DNA of 64,000 bases from a virus (IMGVR_UViG_3300042472_000628:101455-165454); one strand, 5' to 3'. Counted from the stretch's first letter, positions 16,267 to 26,226 are shown. Translations and numbers: made by a program. The notes: generated from the letters alone by a model not told the origin.

Positions 16267-16866
16267 ATGTACACTAGAGAACAAATAGAAAAAGCTGTAA
16301 AAGCAAAAAAATACGTTTGGTTTGAAGGTGCAAAAGACTTTGATGTTAATATCGTTGGAGTTAGAAGTAACGCAGCTGCAATTGCAGACAAAGTAACTAA
16401 CGTATTTGATGACTATATGACTTTATCTTTTAAAGAAGGTGGAGTTTGGAAATTCTATCAATGGGCAATTACAACAGATCCTGGAACAAAAGCTGTAAAG
16501 GAATTTCACAATCCAAATGGAGTTGCAAGAGTAGTTCCTAGTCAATATAGAGGAATGTGGGCAGTTGGTTTACATCAAGGTAAATATGAAGCAATGCGTC
16601 AAGTTAAACCTGTTAAAGTTTACCGTGATAAGAATAAGGATATGACATTTGATGAAACCATTATTCAAGAAGGTATTTTTGGAATCAATGGTCATAGATC
16701 TAATCCTAAAACTGAATCAGCTTATGTAGAAAATTGGTCAGAAGGTTGTCAAGTATTTAAAAGAATAAAGGATTTCAAAGAATTTATGGCACTTATTAAT
16801 AAAGCCAAAGCAATTCATGGAAATTCATTCACATATACCTTAATAGAGTCAACTGACATCGCATAA
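16267..16866 (+). CDS. putative cell-wall-acting enzyme with His...S-x-G-C motif reminiscent of the YkuD (L,D-transpeptidase) catalytic fold
   Basis: GINGHRSNPKTESAYVENWSEGCQVF: His then 17 aa then SEGC; family assignment is tentative. Confidence 0.3.
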   Translation: MYTREQIEKAVKAKKYVWFEGAKDFDVNIVGVRSNAAAIADKVTNVFDDYMTLSFKEGGVWKFYQWAITTDPGTKAVKEFHNPNGVARVVPSQYRGMWAVGLHQGKYEAMRQVKPVKVYRDKNKDMTFDETIIQEGIFGINGHRSNPKTESAYVENWSEGCQVFKRIKDFKEFMALINKAKAIHGNSFTYTLIESTDIA

Positions 16867-16868
16867 AA

Positions 16869-16950
16869 TTGTTCGTAACTTTTACGAAAATAATTAGCCA
16901 AACATTTTTTTGTTTGGCTTTTTTTGTGTATATTAGCTCTATAATTAAAA
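16869..16950 (+). promoter_or_regulatory. conserved intergenic cassette 4 (TTGTTCGTAACTTTT; hairpin agccaaaca-T7-tgtttggct; GTATATTAGCTCTATAATTAAAA)
   Basis: Motif instance; the stop codon of the 16267 gene lies just before TTGTTCG. Confidence 0.6.
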
Positions 16951-16961
16951 AACAAACAGAT

Positions 16962-17438
16962 ATGACAGAACAAGATATAGCATTTAAACCCATTGTTTGG
17001 CTTTTTATTCAACAATATAATTCAACAAATGATCTTTATATAAAGAAGAAATTAAAAGAAGCTTTAAAAGATACTCTTAAAAAAATGACAGATCAAAAAG
17101 TAACTATGGTTTCTGAAGCTGTTTTCTTAGCATGTCAAAAAATTAATCAAGATCCATTTGAATTGTTATGGACAAAGAGAAATATTTTAGGTAAAGATGA
17201 AAATGGTAAATCACTTCTTTTATGGGAACATTCAACACCACTAGCAGAATATTTTGAATCATTGATTAAATGTACATCTGAAACGGAAGTAGAAAAAACT
17301 ATTGAAAATTATAGCGGTGTGTGTTGGTTAATGCGATATGAAGATAATTTATTAAATAAATCAGGATTTAGAGCTAAGAGACCTGGAGGTTGGGAAGAAA
17401 CATATACTAAATGCGATATTAAAATCATTAGAAAATAA
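16962..17438 (+). CDS. hypothetical protein (start placed at ATG 12 nt after the cassette rather than the track's 16869, which lies inside the cassette)
   Basis: ORF track frame; promoter-to-ATG spacing consistent with other cassettes. Confidence 0.45.
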   Translation: MTEQDIAFKPIVWLFIQQYNSTNDLYIKKKLKEALKDTLKKMTDQKVTMVSEAVFLACQKINQDPFELLWTKRNILGKDENGKSLLLWEHSTPLAEYFESLIKCTSETEVEKTIENYSGVCWLMRYEDNLLNKSGFRAKRPGGWEETYTKCDIKIIRK

Positions 17439-17464
17439 ACACTATAACAAATCAAACGTATAAT

Positions 17465-17620
17465 ATGAAAGTAATTTACATGGAGCCTACAATTCAAATG
17501 TTGGCATTTTTAAACAAAGAAAATCCTAATTATGTTAAAACACTTATTGAAAGTGGTACAGTTAAAGAATTAGAAGGTGGTCAAAAATATTTAGTAATCG
17601 AAGATAAAACAGAAGTATAA
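17465..17620 (+). CDS. small hypothetical protein (51 aa)
   Basis: Hand translation MKVIYMEPTIQMLAFLNKENPNYVKTLIESGTVKELEGGQKYLVIEDKTEV; stop overlaps next start (TAATG). Confidence 0.3.
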   Translation: MKVIYMEPTIQMLAFLNKENPNYVKTLIESGTVKELEGGQKYLVIEDKTEV

Positions 17621-18912
17621 TGCAAGATTTAAAACAAATACAAGAGTTCGTAGATGCTCAAAATTCTACAAATAGTAATACTGACAAATTGAATGTATTA
17701 AAGGCGTATGCTAATAATCCAGCAATTCGTAAAGTACTCGAGTATACATACAATACTTTTAAACAATATTATGTTACTTCAGAAACTTGTAAAAAACGTA
17801 GCGACTTGGTTGCTTCAGAAAACGTGTATAACGATCTTTTTAGTTTGCTCGATGACCTTAGTATTCGTTATATTACTGGCCACTCCGCTATTCAAGCAGT
17901 CAATGCGTTTGTTGGCACATATCCTGAATCCGAGGAGCTAATCTTTAATATCATTGATCGTAATCTTAAAACAAGAGCTACAGCATCCATGATTAATACT
18001 GCAATCCCTAATTTAATTCCTACATTTGATGTTGCATTAGCAAAAGCATATGATGAAAAAACTCAAAAGAAAGTTAAATGGTCAGATGGTTGGTTTGTTA
18101 GTCGTAAATTAGATGGATGTCGATGTGTATGTATTATCGATGGACAAGGTGAACCTAGATTTTATTCTCGTGTAGGAAATGAATTCTTAACACTTGATAA
18201 TCTTAAACCTTCAATTAGACAACTTGGTCTTATTAATACAGTATTAGATGGTGAGATTTGTATTGTAGATGCAAATGGAAACGAAGATTTCACAAGTATT
18301 ATGAAAGAGATCAAGCGTAAAGATTACACAATTGAGAAACCACATTATTATATCTTTGACCACTTAACAATCAAAGAATTTGAATCTAAAGTTTCAACTA
18401 CTAAATTTGGTCAACGTATTGCAAACATTGAAAGCATTGTTCCAAATGATTTAGTAGGTATTTCAGTCTTAGATCAATTCATATGTGCAGACGATATGTT
18501 TGCTAGTTTATTAGAGCATTCCAAAAATGAAGGATGGGAAGGACTTATGTTACGTAAGAATACAACTTACAAAGGTAAGAGATCTGATGAGGTTCTTAAA
18601 GTAAAATCATTTCATGATGCAGAGTATATTGTTGTAGATGTTGAAAACGATATACAGCGAGTTATTGTTGATGGTTCAGAAGTTTCTGAATTAATGTTGA
18701 AAAATATTATTATTGAACATAAAGGATATCGTGTTCAAGTTGGTAGTGGTTTTAATCATGAACAGAGACGTCATTATTACAACAATCCTAATGATATTAT
18801 CGGCAAACAAGTCACTGTTCAATATTTCGAAGAAACTCACAACCAAAACGGTGGAACTAGTTTGAGATTTCCAACTATAAAAGCTATTTACGAAACAAAA
18901 AGAGATTTTTAA
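17620..18912 (+). CDS. ATP-dependent DNA ligase
   Basis: Adenylation motif I K-L-D-G-C-R (VSRKLDGCRCV); motif IV-like EGLMLRK; motif V LKVK. Confidence 0.65.
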   Translation: MQDLKQIQEFVDAQNSTNSNTDKLNVLKAYANNPAIRKVLEYTYNTFKQYYVTSETCKKRSDLVASENVYNDLFSLLDDLSIRYITGHSAIQAVNAFVGTYPESEELIFNIIDRNLKTRATASMINTAIPNLIPTFDVALAKAYDEKTQKKVKWSDGWFVSRKLDGCRCVCIIDGQGEPRFYSRVGNEFLTLDNLKPSIRQLGLINTVLDGEICIVDANGNEDFTSIMKEIKRKDYTIEKPHYYIFDHLTIKEFESKVSTTKFGQRIANIESIVPNDLVGISVLDQFICADDMFASLLEHSKNEGWEGLMLRKNTTYKGKRSDEVLKVKSFHDAEYIVVDVENDIQRVIVDGSEVSELMLKNIIIEHKGYRVQVGSGFNHEQRRHYYNNPNDIIGKQVTVQYFEETHNQNGGTSLRFPTIKAIYETKRDF

Positions 18913-18923
18913 ATATAAACAAT

Positions 18924-19142
18924 ATGAAAAAATTGTTGAGATTTATTAAGTTTCTACAAGAAGACTTTTGGAATTATATGCAATCTCTTCCTAAATGTAA
19001 AAAAGGAGGCTATTGTAACCAAGATCGTGAAGAATATTATGTCAATGATATTAAGGCTGGAAATAAAAGTACAATTGTCTATGGATACAAATATTATTGC
19101 AAAAAATGTGGCAATAATACAACTGAATTTGGTAAAATTTAA
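18924..19142 (+). CDS. small zinc-ribbon protein (two C-x-x-C-like pairs)
   Basis: CKKGGYC ... CKKCG in translation. Confidence 0.4.
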   Translation: MKKLLRFIKFLQEDFWNYMQSLPKCKKGGYCNQDREEYYVNDIKAGNKSTIVYGYKYYCKKCGNNTTEFGKI

Positions 19143-19153
19143 ATATAATTAAT

Positions 19154-19384
19154 ATGGAACAAGGATTAATTTTAGAAGAGGCAAAGTTTAGATTTTCACA
19201 AGATGCAAACTGTTTATCTGACGATGAATATGAATTCTTGGAAGTAGAAGCGAAAAGTTCACTAGGTATCGACAGAGATGGTGATTGCTTTTTTGTTTTA
19301 AAAACAAATTCATGGTCAGTAGATTCAATTGAAGATTTAGAAAAAGTGTTTGATAGAATTAGACAAGTTGTTATAAAAAAATAA
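19154..19384 (+). CDS. hypothetical protein
   Basis: ORF track. Confidence 0.4.
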   Translation: MEQGLILEEAKFRFSQDANCLSDDEYEFLEVEAKSSLGIDRDGDCFFVLKTNSWSVDSIEDLEKVFDRIRQVVIKK

Positions 19385-19391
19385 AAAAGGT

Positions 19392-19979
19392 TTGAAGGTA
19401 TTTGTTGCACCACCGAAAGGTGAAATAGAAGGAAAGGCATATATTGATTGGATTATATCAAAGGGTTATGAACCTGTTATGATAGATCTTAGATACAAAA
19501 GGATCGATGCTCCTCTTATACTTTGCGGTGGTGCAGATATTGGTATAAATGTAGATCGAGATACGCGTGAACTTAATTGGATAAAAATGGCAATTGATGC
19601 CAAACAACCAATCATTGGTGTTTGTCGTGGCATGCAAATATTGAATCACTATTTTGGTGGCAAGGTAGAAGATCTAAAAGACAGAATAGTAGAATATCAT
19701 CAAAGTGATGAATTCTCAGATGATGAAGATCATAGTGAAAGAGAATCACAATTTCATTACATCAAAAACTTAGACGATGTAATGTTTGAAGTTAATTCTA
19801 GGCATCATCAATGGTGCTCAATTATTGCAGATAATTTTAAAGTGACACATATGTCTTTTGATGGTGGTTGGATTCCAGAAGCTATAGAAGACGAAGCACT
19901 TAAAATCATTGCAGTTCAATGGCACCCAGAAAGATTTGAGTGCCCAGAGGTATTAAATCTATTTAAATATATAAAATAA
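19392..19979 (+). CDS. class I glutamine amidotransferase-like / peptidase C26 (gamma-glutamyl hydrolase-like)
   Basis: Nucleophile elbow GVCRGMQ, HHQW and QWHPE motifs. Confidence 0.6.
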   Translation: MKVFVAPPKGEIEGKAYIDWIISKGYEPVMIDLRYKRIDAPLILCGGADIGINVDRDTRELNWIKMAIDAKQPIIGVCRGMQILNHYFGGKVEDLKDRIVEYHQSDEFSDDEDHSERESQFHYIKNLDDVMFEVNSRHHQWCSIIADNFKVTHMSFDGGWIPEAIEDEALKIIAVQWHPERFECPEVLNLFKYIK

Positions 19980-19981
19980 TT

Positions 19982-20197
19982 ATGAGCGGATATTACGTAA
20001 GTGACGAGTTTAGAACAAACAATTTAAGTCTAACTCCAGGTGGTTCAACAGTAATTGTAGAATTGTCTAATGGTGAAACCAAAGCATATGACAAGGTTAA
20101 AAATCCAACAGCATATATTAATGCAATCCTAAATAAGAATCCTAATGTCATAAACGTACACGTGGATGCAAAACTAGTTTGGTCTAAAAATAAATAA
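19982..20197 (+). CDS. hypothetical protein
   Basis: ORF track. Confidence 0.4.
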   Translation: MSGYYVSDEFRTNNLSLTPGGSTVIVELSNGETKAYDKVKNPTAYINAILNKNPNVINVHVDAKLVWSKNK

Positions 20198-20202
20198 AAT
20201 TA

Positions 20203-20847
20203 ATGACAGTAAATAAAATACCAAAGAAACTACATCAAGTTTGGATTGGCTATAAAGAAGTACCAGATTGGTGCAAAAGATTTGGAGAAGAGATGCAAGC
20301 AATGCATCCAGATTGGGAATATAAGTTATGGAGTCATGATGATATTTTCAATGATTTGTACAAAGATGATCCATTTTTACAAAACTATGTAAAAGAACCT
20401 GAAATTTATAAATGGGCTTTTATTGCCGATAGAGTTAGGTTATTATTACTTAGAGATTTTGGAGGTATTTATTGTGATATAGATGCAAAACCAATTAGAC
20501 CATTTGATATAATATTGGATCAACTCTCAGAAGAACATACATTCTTTGCAGGTATGAAACCAACTCAAGAACACAATACTCTTATTGATTGTACAGTTTA
20601 TGGATCTACACCTCAAAGTAGAATCATAAATGAATGTCTTAGTGTTTATGATAGAATTACATGGGCTCATGGATGTAAAACATTCAATAATAAGATTATT
20701 GAAAAAATGGATCTGGATGTCGCTTTATTTAATTATGAATATTTCTATAATGACAAAGTAACTGATAAGACTATTATCTTGCATGATGTTGAAGAGACAC
20801 GTTTATTCTCATGGGTTGATGATGTGCATTACAAGAAAAATTGGTAA
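20203..20847 (+). CDS. DXD-motif glycosyltransferase (GT32 / Gly_transf_sug-like)
   Basis: RVRLLLLRDFGGIYCDIDAKP block matches the conserved region R-x-x-x-L-x-x-Y-GG-x-Y-x-D-x-D. Confidence 0.5.
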   Translation: MTVNKIPKKLHQVWIGYKEVPDWCKRFGEEMQAMHPDWEYKLWSHDDIFNDLYKDDPFLQNYVKEPEIYKWAFIADRVRLLLLRDFGGIYCDIDAKPIRPFDIILDQLSEEHTFFAGMKPTQEHNTLIDCTVYGSTPQSRIINECLSVYDRITWAHGCKTFNNKIIEKMDLDVALFNYEYFYNDKVTDKTIILHDVEETRLFSWVDDVHYKKNW

Positions 20848-20850
20848 AAT

Positions 20851-21111
20851 ATGAGAAACAGAGGTAAAGCTATCGAAAATAGTTACGAAATCATAAGTGG
20901 TAATGTAACGCTTATGCAAATAATAACATGTATATGTTTTATCACTGTACACCAAGGTGGTGATTTTCCAGAAGATTTAATTCCTGAATTTTTTATAGAA
21001 ACTGACCAAGAACCTACAGAACATCAAATAGATGAAATGATCAAATACTTTGAAAAGCAAGAAGAGTACGAAAAATGTCAATATTTAAAGGAATTTAAAC
21101 TTAGAATGTAA
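20851..21111 (+). CDS. hypothetical protein
   Basis: ORF track; stop abuts TTGTTCGTAAC motif. Confidence 0.4.
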   Translation: MRNRGKAIENSYEIISGNVTLMQIITCICFITVHQGGDFPEDLIPEFFIETDQEPTEHQIDEMIKYFEKQEEYEKCQYLKEFKLRM

Positions 21112-21112
21112 A

Positions 21113-21193
21113 TTGTTCGTAACTTTATGAAAATAATTAAGCCCAAATTTTTTAGTTTGGGCTTTTTTTCGTATATTAGCTTAGTAATTAAAA
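21113..21193 (+). promoter_or_regulatory. conserved intergenic cassette 5 (TTGTTCGTAACTTTATG; hairpin gcccaaa-T6-agtttgggc; GTATATTAGC..TAATTAAAAG)
   Basis: Motif instance. Confidence 0.6.
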
Positions 21194-21203
21194 GATAAAC
21201 AAA

Positions 21204-21428
21204 ATGATCAGAGAAAAACAAGAGAAAAACGGACCAATTATTATAGATTTAACAGGACCTGATGGTAATGCATTTGCTCTTATGGCATATGCTAAACGAT
21301 TTGCAACTCAATTGGGTTGGAAGGACAGAGGTGCTTCACTTATTGCTGATATGATGTCAGGTGACTATGAACACCTTTTAGAAGTTTTTGATAATGCATT
21401 TGGTGAATTTGTAATCTTAGAACGATAA
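21204..21428 (+). CDS. hypothetical protein
   Basis: ORF track. Confidence 0.4.
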   Translation: MIREKQEKNGPIIIDLTGPDGNAFALMAYAKRFATQLGWKDRGASLIADMMSGDYEHLLEVFDNAFGEFVILER

Positions 21429-21430
21429 CC

Positions 21431-21775
21431 ATGAAAATTTATACATTTCCTCGCAGTGCTTTTTACGGTGATGTTTTTGGCATAGTTAAGACCATATCTG
21501 GTACATATGTATGTCCAGGTTGGCATCGTGTAGCAGAAGGTACTACTAGAGAGCAAATTAAGTTTGAGGCAGCAGTTAATATACCTAAAAAAGAAACTCG
21601 ACCAGAGTCACCTAAAAAAGAATGGCAGGTAAATGGTTCTAAAGTTGGTGTAAATTATACAGTTTCAGATACTAATGGATCTTGGAATTGTACATGTCCA
21701 TCAAAAAGCTTCCACCGAGGTGATTGTAAACATATTAAAGCAAAAAAAGCTGAATTGTTAATAACTTTATCTTAA
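21431..21775 (+). CDS. SWIM-type zinc-finger protein
   Basis: C-x-C-x10-C-x-H (CTCPSKSFHRGDCKH). Confidence 0.45.
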   Translation: MKIYTFPRSAFYGDVFGIVKTISGTYVCPGWHRVAEGTTREQIKFEAAVNIPKKETRPESPKKEWQVNGSKVGVNYTVSDTNGSWNCTCPSKSFHRGDCKHIKAKKAELLITLS

Positions 21776-21780
21776 TATAT

Positions 21781-21825
21781 TTTTTTATATCAAATATTAG
21801 TTGTATATTAGCCTTATAATTAAAA
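21781..21825 (+). promoter_or_regulatory. conserved promoter cassette 6 (T7-ATATCAA ... TGTATATTAGCCTTATAATTAAAA)
   Basis: Motif instance without the TTGTTCG part. Confidence 0.55.
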
Positions 21826-21835
21826 ACAAACAAAG

Positions 21836-22063
21836 ATGACAGAAGACAATTATTTAGCAGAACAAGAGTACAAACAGTACCAAGAGATCATGGATACTAA
21901 AGTGTATTTGACTCAAGAAGAGTATGATTTTTGTTTCAATTGGGATCACGAAGAAACTCGTACCTCAACTAGTAAGCTTTCAGAAGGGCGATACTTAAAT
22001 CTTAATGTTTATTCTGAGGCTGAAAAAGAAGATTACGATTTTAGAAGAGAAACCGGACTTTAA
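21836..22063 (+). CDS. hypothetical protein
   Basis: ORF track. Confidence 0.4.
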   Translation: MTEDNYLAEQEYKQYQEIMDTKVYLTQEEYDFCFNWDHEETRTSTSKLSEGRYLNLNVYSEAEKEDYDFRRETGL

Positions 22064-22084
22064 TATAAATTTAAAATATAAAAC

Positions 22085-22432
22085 ATGAATAAATTAGCAA
22101 CACTTAAAGTAATCGAAGTAACAAGTCAACGTCAAGCCGATAATGGTACAATTTGTTTTCATGATCCTATTACTAACTGTGATTATTTAAGTTACGAGAG
22201 TGGTTACATCAGACGTAAGACAACAACTAAATGTTGGAGAAATGGTAAAACCTTATTTTCAATTTACCAATTAAATCCAGTTAAAAAAGAAAGCATATGG
22301 GTTGAATGGGCTGAAAGAGATTTTAAAATCAACAAACGTATCTTAATACACAATCCAAATTATCGTCTAGAGCTTCTTGCTCGTGCCGTAGTAAATTACA
22401 GAAACACTGTAAAATCTTATAAAACCGTATAA
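22085..22432 (+). CDS. hypothetical protein
   Basis: ORF track. Confidence 0.4.
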   Translation: MNKLATLKVIEVTSQRQADNGTICFHDPITNCDYLSYESGYIRRKTTTKCWRNGKTLFSIYQLNPVKKESIWVEWAERDFKINKRILIHNPNYRLELLARAVVNYRNTVKSYKTV

Positions 22433-22443
22433 AACCAACAATC

Positions 22444-22680
22444 ATGTCAAACAACGAAAAAAATCTAACACCGAACGAACGTGAACTTCTAAAAAGTTTA
22501 AACACTAAAGCTAATCTTATTCTTGAATTTGAAACTTTAATGCAAGGACTTAAATTACCATATGATAAGACTTATATTTATAGTCTTGACGAACAAGTTT
22601 TGAGAGATTTTATAATTTCATGGACACCTGAAAATCAAGAAGAGATGAAGAAAAAATTCTATCTTGAAACTAAAAAGTAA
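22444..22680 (+). CDS. hypothetical protein
   Basis: ORF track. Confidence 0.4.
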   Translation: MSNNEKNLTPNERELLKSLNTKANLILEFETLMQGLKLPYDKTYIYSLDEQVLRDFIISWTPENQEEMKKKFYLETKK

Positions 22681-22722
22681 AAGTAGCATATAAAAAATGT
22701 CTCAAACCAAAGGTAAGATAAG

Positions 22723-22998
22723 ATGAAAAAGCCAATAACAGTTTACTATTTACATTACTATGATGAGGAACACAAAAATCCTGCATTTAGCAAATATAAA
22801 GACTTCGTTACATGTGTAATGGCTGAAGATACCAATGAGGCAATTGAAAAAACTAAAATTATCGCTGGAAATCAAAATATCAAAATCATGGGTATTGCTT
22901 CTGGTAGAGAAGAAGACGTTAATGAAAAACATCCGTTAGGAACTCACGAAGAAATAATGCCACTTGGTGGTTGGAAAAACAAAAACAAAACAATATGA
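22723..22998 (+). CDS. hypothetical protein
   Basis: ORF track. Confidence 0.4.
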   Translation: MKKPITVYYLHYYDEEHKNPAFSKYKDFVTCVMAEDTNEAIEKTKIIAGNQNIKIMGIASGREEDVNEKHPLGTHEEIMPLGGWKNKNKTI

Positions 22999-23237
22999 CA
23001 GAATTAGAAACATGGCAACTGGTTAATCAAGCTGAAACACAGGAGCAACTTGCATTTATTATCAATAAACTTGCAGATGAAGAAGGAATGATTCAAGGTC
23101 GCTTAAGAAAATTTGAAGCTGGCAAAATGATCATTGGTTTGGATCTTTTTATGAAAGACCAAATAGCATCTAATATTCTTACAAGAGAATTCGGTATCAG
23201 ACAGCAAGCAATTTATCTAAAACACTTTATTAACTAA
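22971..23237 (+). CDS. hypothetical protein
   Basis: ORF track (overlaps previous by 28 nt; true start may be downstream). Confidence 0.35.
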   Translation: MEKQKQNNMTELETWQLVNQAETQEQLAFIINKLADEEGMIQGRLRKFEAGKMIIGLDLFMKDQIASNILTREFGIRQQAIYLKHFIN

Positions 23238-23241
23238 GATT

Positions 23242-23487
23242 ATGTTAAATCCAGCAAAATACGTAATTGTTGATGGATGTGCAATCATATTCTCAGCAGC
23301 AATCCAACACAAAGATATGGTTGGTTATAATGAAAAGGCAACTGGTGCAGGTTTCGTAAGATTCTACTTCGACGAAAATGAAGATGAAATTAGAGTAAGA
23401 GCTTATGGTAAATCAATCTCACTAGGAATCGAATCACAAGAAGGCGATTCAGAGATATTAACAAGACAAATCACTAATACCTATTAA
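23242..23487 (+). CDS. hypothetical protein
   Basis: ORF track. Confidence 0.4.
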   Translation: MLNPAKYVIVDGCAIIFSAAIQHKDMVGYNEKATGAGFVRFYFDENEDEIRVRAYGKSISLGIESQEGDSEILTRQITNTY

Positions 23488-23488
23488 G

Positions 23489-24034
23489 ATGAAAATAGAT
23501 TGGATTTTAAAACAACATAAAGATACAAATCACATGTATGATACGTATCTTCCTTATGAATTTCATTTGAGAATGGTTTCAAATGTTGCTCAAGAATTTA
23601 TTAAAGCAATACCTGATACAAATGATGGAGAAACTTCATTTAGAGGATCGGTGCTTTTGGCAGCTTGGGGACATGACCTTATTGAAGATACTCGTGTTTC
23701 TTATAACGATGTAAAAGATCAATTAGGACAAGAAGCTGCCGATATTATTTATGCAGTTTCTAATGAGAAAGGTAAAACACGTAAAGAACGTGCAAACACA
23801 ACTTATTACAAAGGAATTCGTCAAACTCCAGGTGCAACATTCGTAAAACTATGTGACCGTATTGCAAACGTTCAATATTCCAAAATGACTGGAAGTAGAA
23901 TGTTTGAAATGTATAAGAAAGAAAACTCAGACTTCATTCAAGAACTTGGATGGTTTGGAGATGTTACAGACCCTAACTATGAGTTATTCTGTACATTACA
24001 AGAATTATTTGTTGAACCCCGTAAAGAAAAATAA
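23489..24034 (+). CDS. HD-domain phosphohydrolase
   Basis: H ... WGHDLIEDT ... D pattern. Confidence 0.5.
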   Translation: MKIDWILKQHKDTNHMYDTYLPYEFHLRMVSNVAQEFIKAIPDTNDGETSFRGSVLLAAWGHDLIEDTRVSYNDVKDQLGQEAADIIYAVSNEKGKTRKERANTTYYKGIRQTPGATFVKLCDRIANVQYSKMTGSRMFEMYKKENSDFIQELGWFGDVTDPNYELFCTLQELFVEPRKEK

Positions 24035-24126
24035 ATGAGAGAAATTGTATTTGGCCTGATTGGAATTGCAGTAGGTTTATTTATAAGATTTTGTATTATA
24101 GAACAATTTAAAAATAAAAAATAAAG

Positions 24127-24537
24127 ATGAAAAAACACTATTTCGAATTGGACAAAGTAGATTCAATTACATTAACTGGCGAAAGAGAATCAAGTTACCG
24201 ATGGTTTCCTGAAATTCCAGCAAAAGAAAAATCATTCATGGGAATTAAATACGGAATGACTGAAGCAATTCCTGCAGGTTGGAATGAATATATTGACGAT
24301 GATGGAAATGAATACCGACCATGGAACCGAAAACAATCTTCATATTTTGATGATTACAAATGGTACCGAGTAGATGATGTAAATAAAAAAGTTTGTAGTA
24401 GAGCACATGTTGAAATACGTTTAGGATATAAACAATCTTTCGGTGTTAACTTTGAATCTACTGAAGCAGCACAAGCTTATGTTGATGATTTAATCTTAGG
24501 CTCAGATAAAAAATTCACAGTAATCATTAACAAATAA
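24127..24537 (+). CDS. hypothetical protein
   Basis: ORF track. Confidence 0.4.
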   Translation: MKKHYFELDKVDSITLTGERESSYRWFPEIPAKEKSFMGIKYGMTEAIPAGWNEYIDDDGNEYRPWNRKQSSYFDDYKWYRVDDVNKKVCSRAHVEIRLGYKQSFGVNFESTEAAQAYVDDLILGSDKKFTVIINK

Positions 24538-24541
24538 AATT

Positions 24542-25081
24542 ATGAAATTAAATATCAATTCAAAAACATCAAGGTTGTACAGATGGTTCTATGCAACTCA
24601 AAACATGCCAGAATCATTATGTCCATACTTTTGGAAATTAATCTTAATGTGGATTCTTATAATTCCATATTCGATTCTTGCACTTCCAATTATTTTAATG
24701 GAATTAACAAATACAAACGATAAGAATTCAACCGGAGAAAGAGCAGGATTCGGATTCTTAATCTGGTTTATTTTAGGCATGATTATATGCATGTTATCTT
24801 ATGTTGGTTTAATTTGGGTAATTCCAACTAAAGATTCTTTTTTCATGTTTATGTTAACTGTAGGTGGTATTGGATGGGCTGTTGGAATTATAGTTGGAGG
24901 TATTGAGTTATTCAAAGTTCTGGTAGAGAAATGGGAAAATCGAGGTGTTAAATATGACGAAAATGGTTATAGAATCTGGAATCCTAAACCAAAACAAGAT
25001 TCAATCCTTGTATCTTTCGTTAAAGCGTCATATAATAAATATTGTCCTAGAATTGAATGGACTAGAAACGATAACAAATAA
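24542..25081 (+). CDS. integral membrane protein (multiple TM helices)
   Basis: Hydrophobic segments in the translation. Confidence 0.45.
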   Translation: MKLNINSKTSRLYRWFYATQNMPESLCPYFWKLILMWILIIPYSILALPIILMELTNTNDKNSTGERAGFGFLIWFILGMIICMLSYVGLIWVIPTKDSFFMFMLTVGGIGWAVGIIVGGIELFKVLVEKWENRGVKYDENGYRIWNPKPKQDSILVSFVKASYNKYCPRIEWTRNDNK

Positions 25082-25085
25082 AATT

Positions 25086-25319
25086 ATGACAACAGATGCA
25101 CTAGGAAATCCAATTGAAATTGGACAACGTTACGGATATTCACAACAAAGTAATGGACATGTTACAATAGTCGTAGGAACAGTTGAAAAGATTAATGAAC
25201 TAAAAGCAACTTTAACTAATGTTGAAGAGCGCAGAGGTCTTTGGGGAGAAATCACAGAATCTTTTAAACCAGAATTACGTAGACGATCAGTTAATGCATG
25301 TCACCTTTTTAAAGTATAA
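25086..25319 (+). CDS. hypothetical protein (start at internal ATG after upstream stop)
   Basis: Track ORF 24945..25319 overlaps the previous gene; the ATG at 25086 follows the TAA at 25079-25081. Confidence 0.4.
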   Translation: MTTDALGNPIEIGQRYGYSQQSNGHVTIVVGTVEKINELKATLTNVEERRGLWGEITESFKPELRRRSVNACHLFKV

Positions 25320-25322
25320 ATT

Positions 25323-25757
25323 ATGAACGCAAACGAAACTCTTAAACAAGGATTAGAATGGATGAAAAGTCTACCTGGTCAAAAAAGTATGGAAGATTAC
25401 TTTAAAAAACTTGCAGAAAAGGACAGAATCCAAATGGAAAGAGCAAACAAATTATTAGAACGATATGGTGTTTGTGATGACTCGACATTTGATTATTTAA
25501 TGATTGATATTTTTGTTAAGCAAGAGAGATCTGATCAGAAACATTATAATACTTATTCAGATAGACCTCTACATCTAATGAATTTAATGTGGGAATTAGC
25601 AAGTACTTATGGAACTGAAATTGAGCCATTAGATGGTTTAACAGAGAATTTCTCATCAATGATCTATGATTATTATGGTTATCAATTTGCAATTACACAT
25701 GGACAAGGATCTGTGTTAAGTGTTTATCGTCAAAATGAATTAAGATACAGAAGCTAA
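25323..25757 (+). CDS. hypothetical protein
   Basis: ORF track. Confidence 0.4.
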   Translation: MNANETLKQGLEWMKSLPGQKSMEDYFKKLAEKDRIQMERANKLLERYGVCDDSTFDYLMIDIFVKQERSDQKHYNTYSDRPLHLMNLMWELASTYGTEIEPLDGLTENFSSMIYDYYGYQFAITHGQGSVLSVYRQNELRYRS

Positions 25758-26161
25758 TGAAAAGATTTAATGAATGGTGCGATCGAATGGATCAGAACCT
25801 AAAGAATTTTGATTGGAAAGAGATATTATACTTATTATTTCCATTTTCTTTATTCTATAAAAGAAAGCCTAAAAATGAAACTGGAAAGGCATTTGTTTAC
25901 GATACTAAAATAGGAAATCCTATACAAATCAGAAGCACCAGAAACATGTCTAATATGGAAATGATGTATGGCACTGATTTTTCTACAAGTGGATCTGGTA
26001 ATGCATCTACTAGCGGGAATTTTGCACTAGACATGTATAAAGCTGGAATTGCAAGAGAGATATGTGAAGAAATTATGAAAGGTAATCTTATAGATTGGGC
26101 AACAGAAGATACACCTAATGGTACTCAAATCACTGGGCGTATAATTGTTAACAAGTTTTGA
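25757..26161 (+). CDS. hypothetical protein
   Basis: ORF track. Confidence 0.4.
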   Translation: MKRFNEWCDRMDQNLKNFDWKEILYLLFPFSLFYKRKPKNETGKAFVYDTKIGNPIQIRSTRNMSNMEMMYGTDFSTSGSGNASTSGNFALDMYKAGIAREICEEIMKGNLIDWATEDTPNGTQITGRIIVNKF

Positions 26162-26180
26162 TAAAATAATCACACATATA

Positions 26181-26226
26181 TTTTTTTATGTCAAAACTTT
26201 TTGGTATATTTACATATAATTAAAAA
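26181..26226 (+). promoter_or_regulatory. conserved promoter cassette 7 (T7-ATGTCAAAAC ... GGTATATTTACATATAATTAAAAA)
   Basis: Motif instance. Confidence 0.55.
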
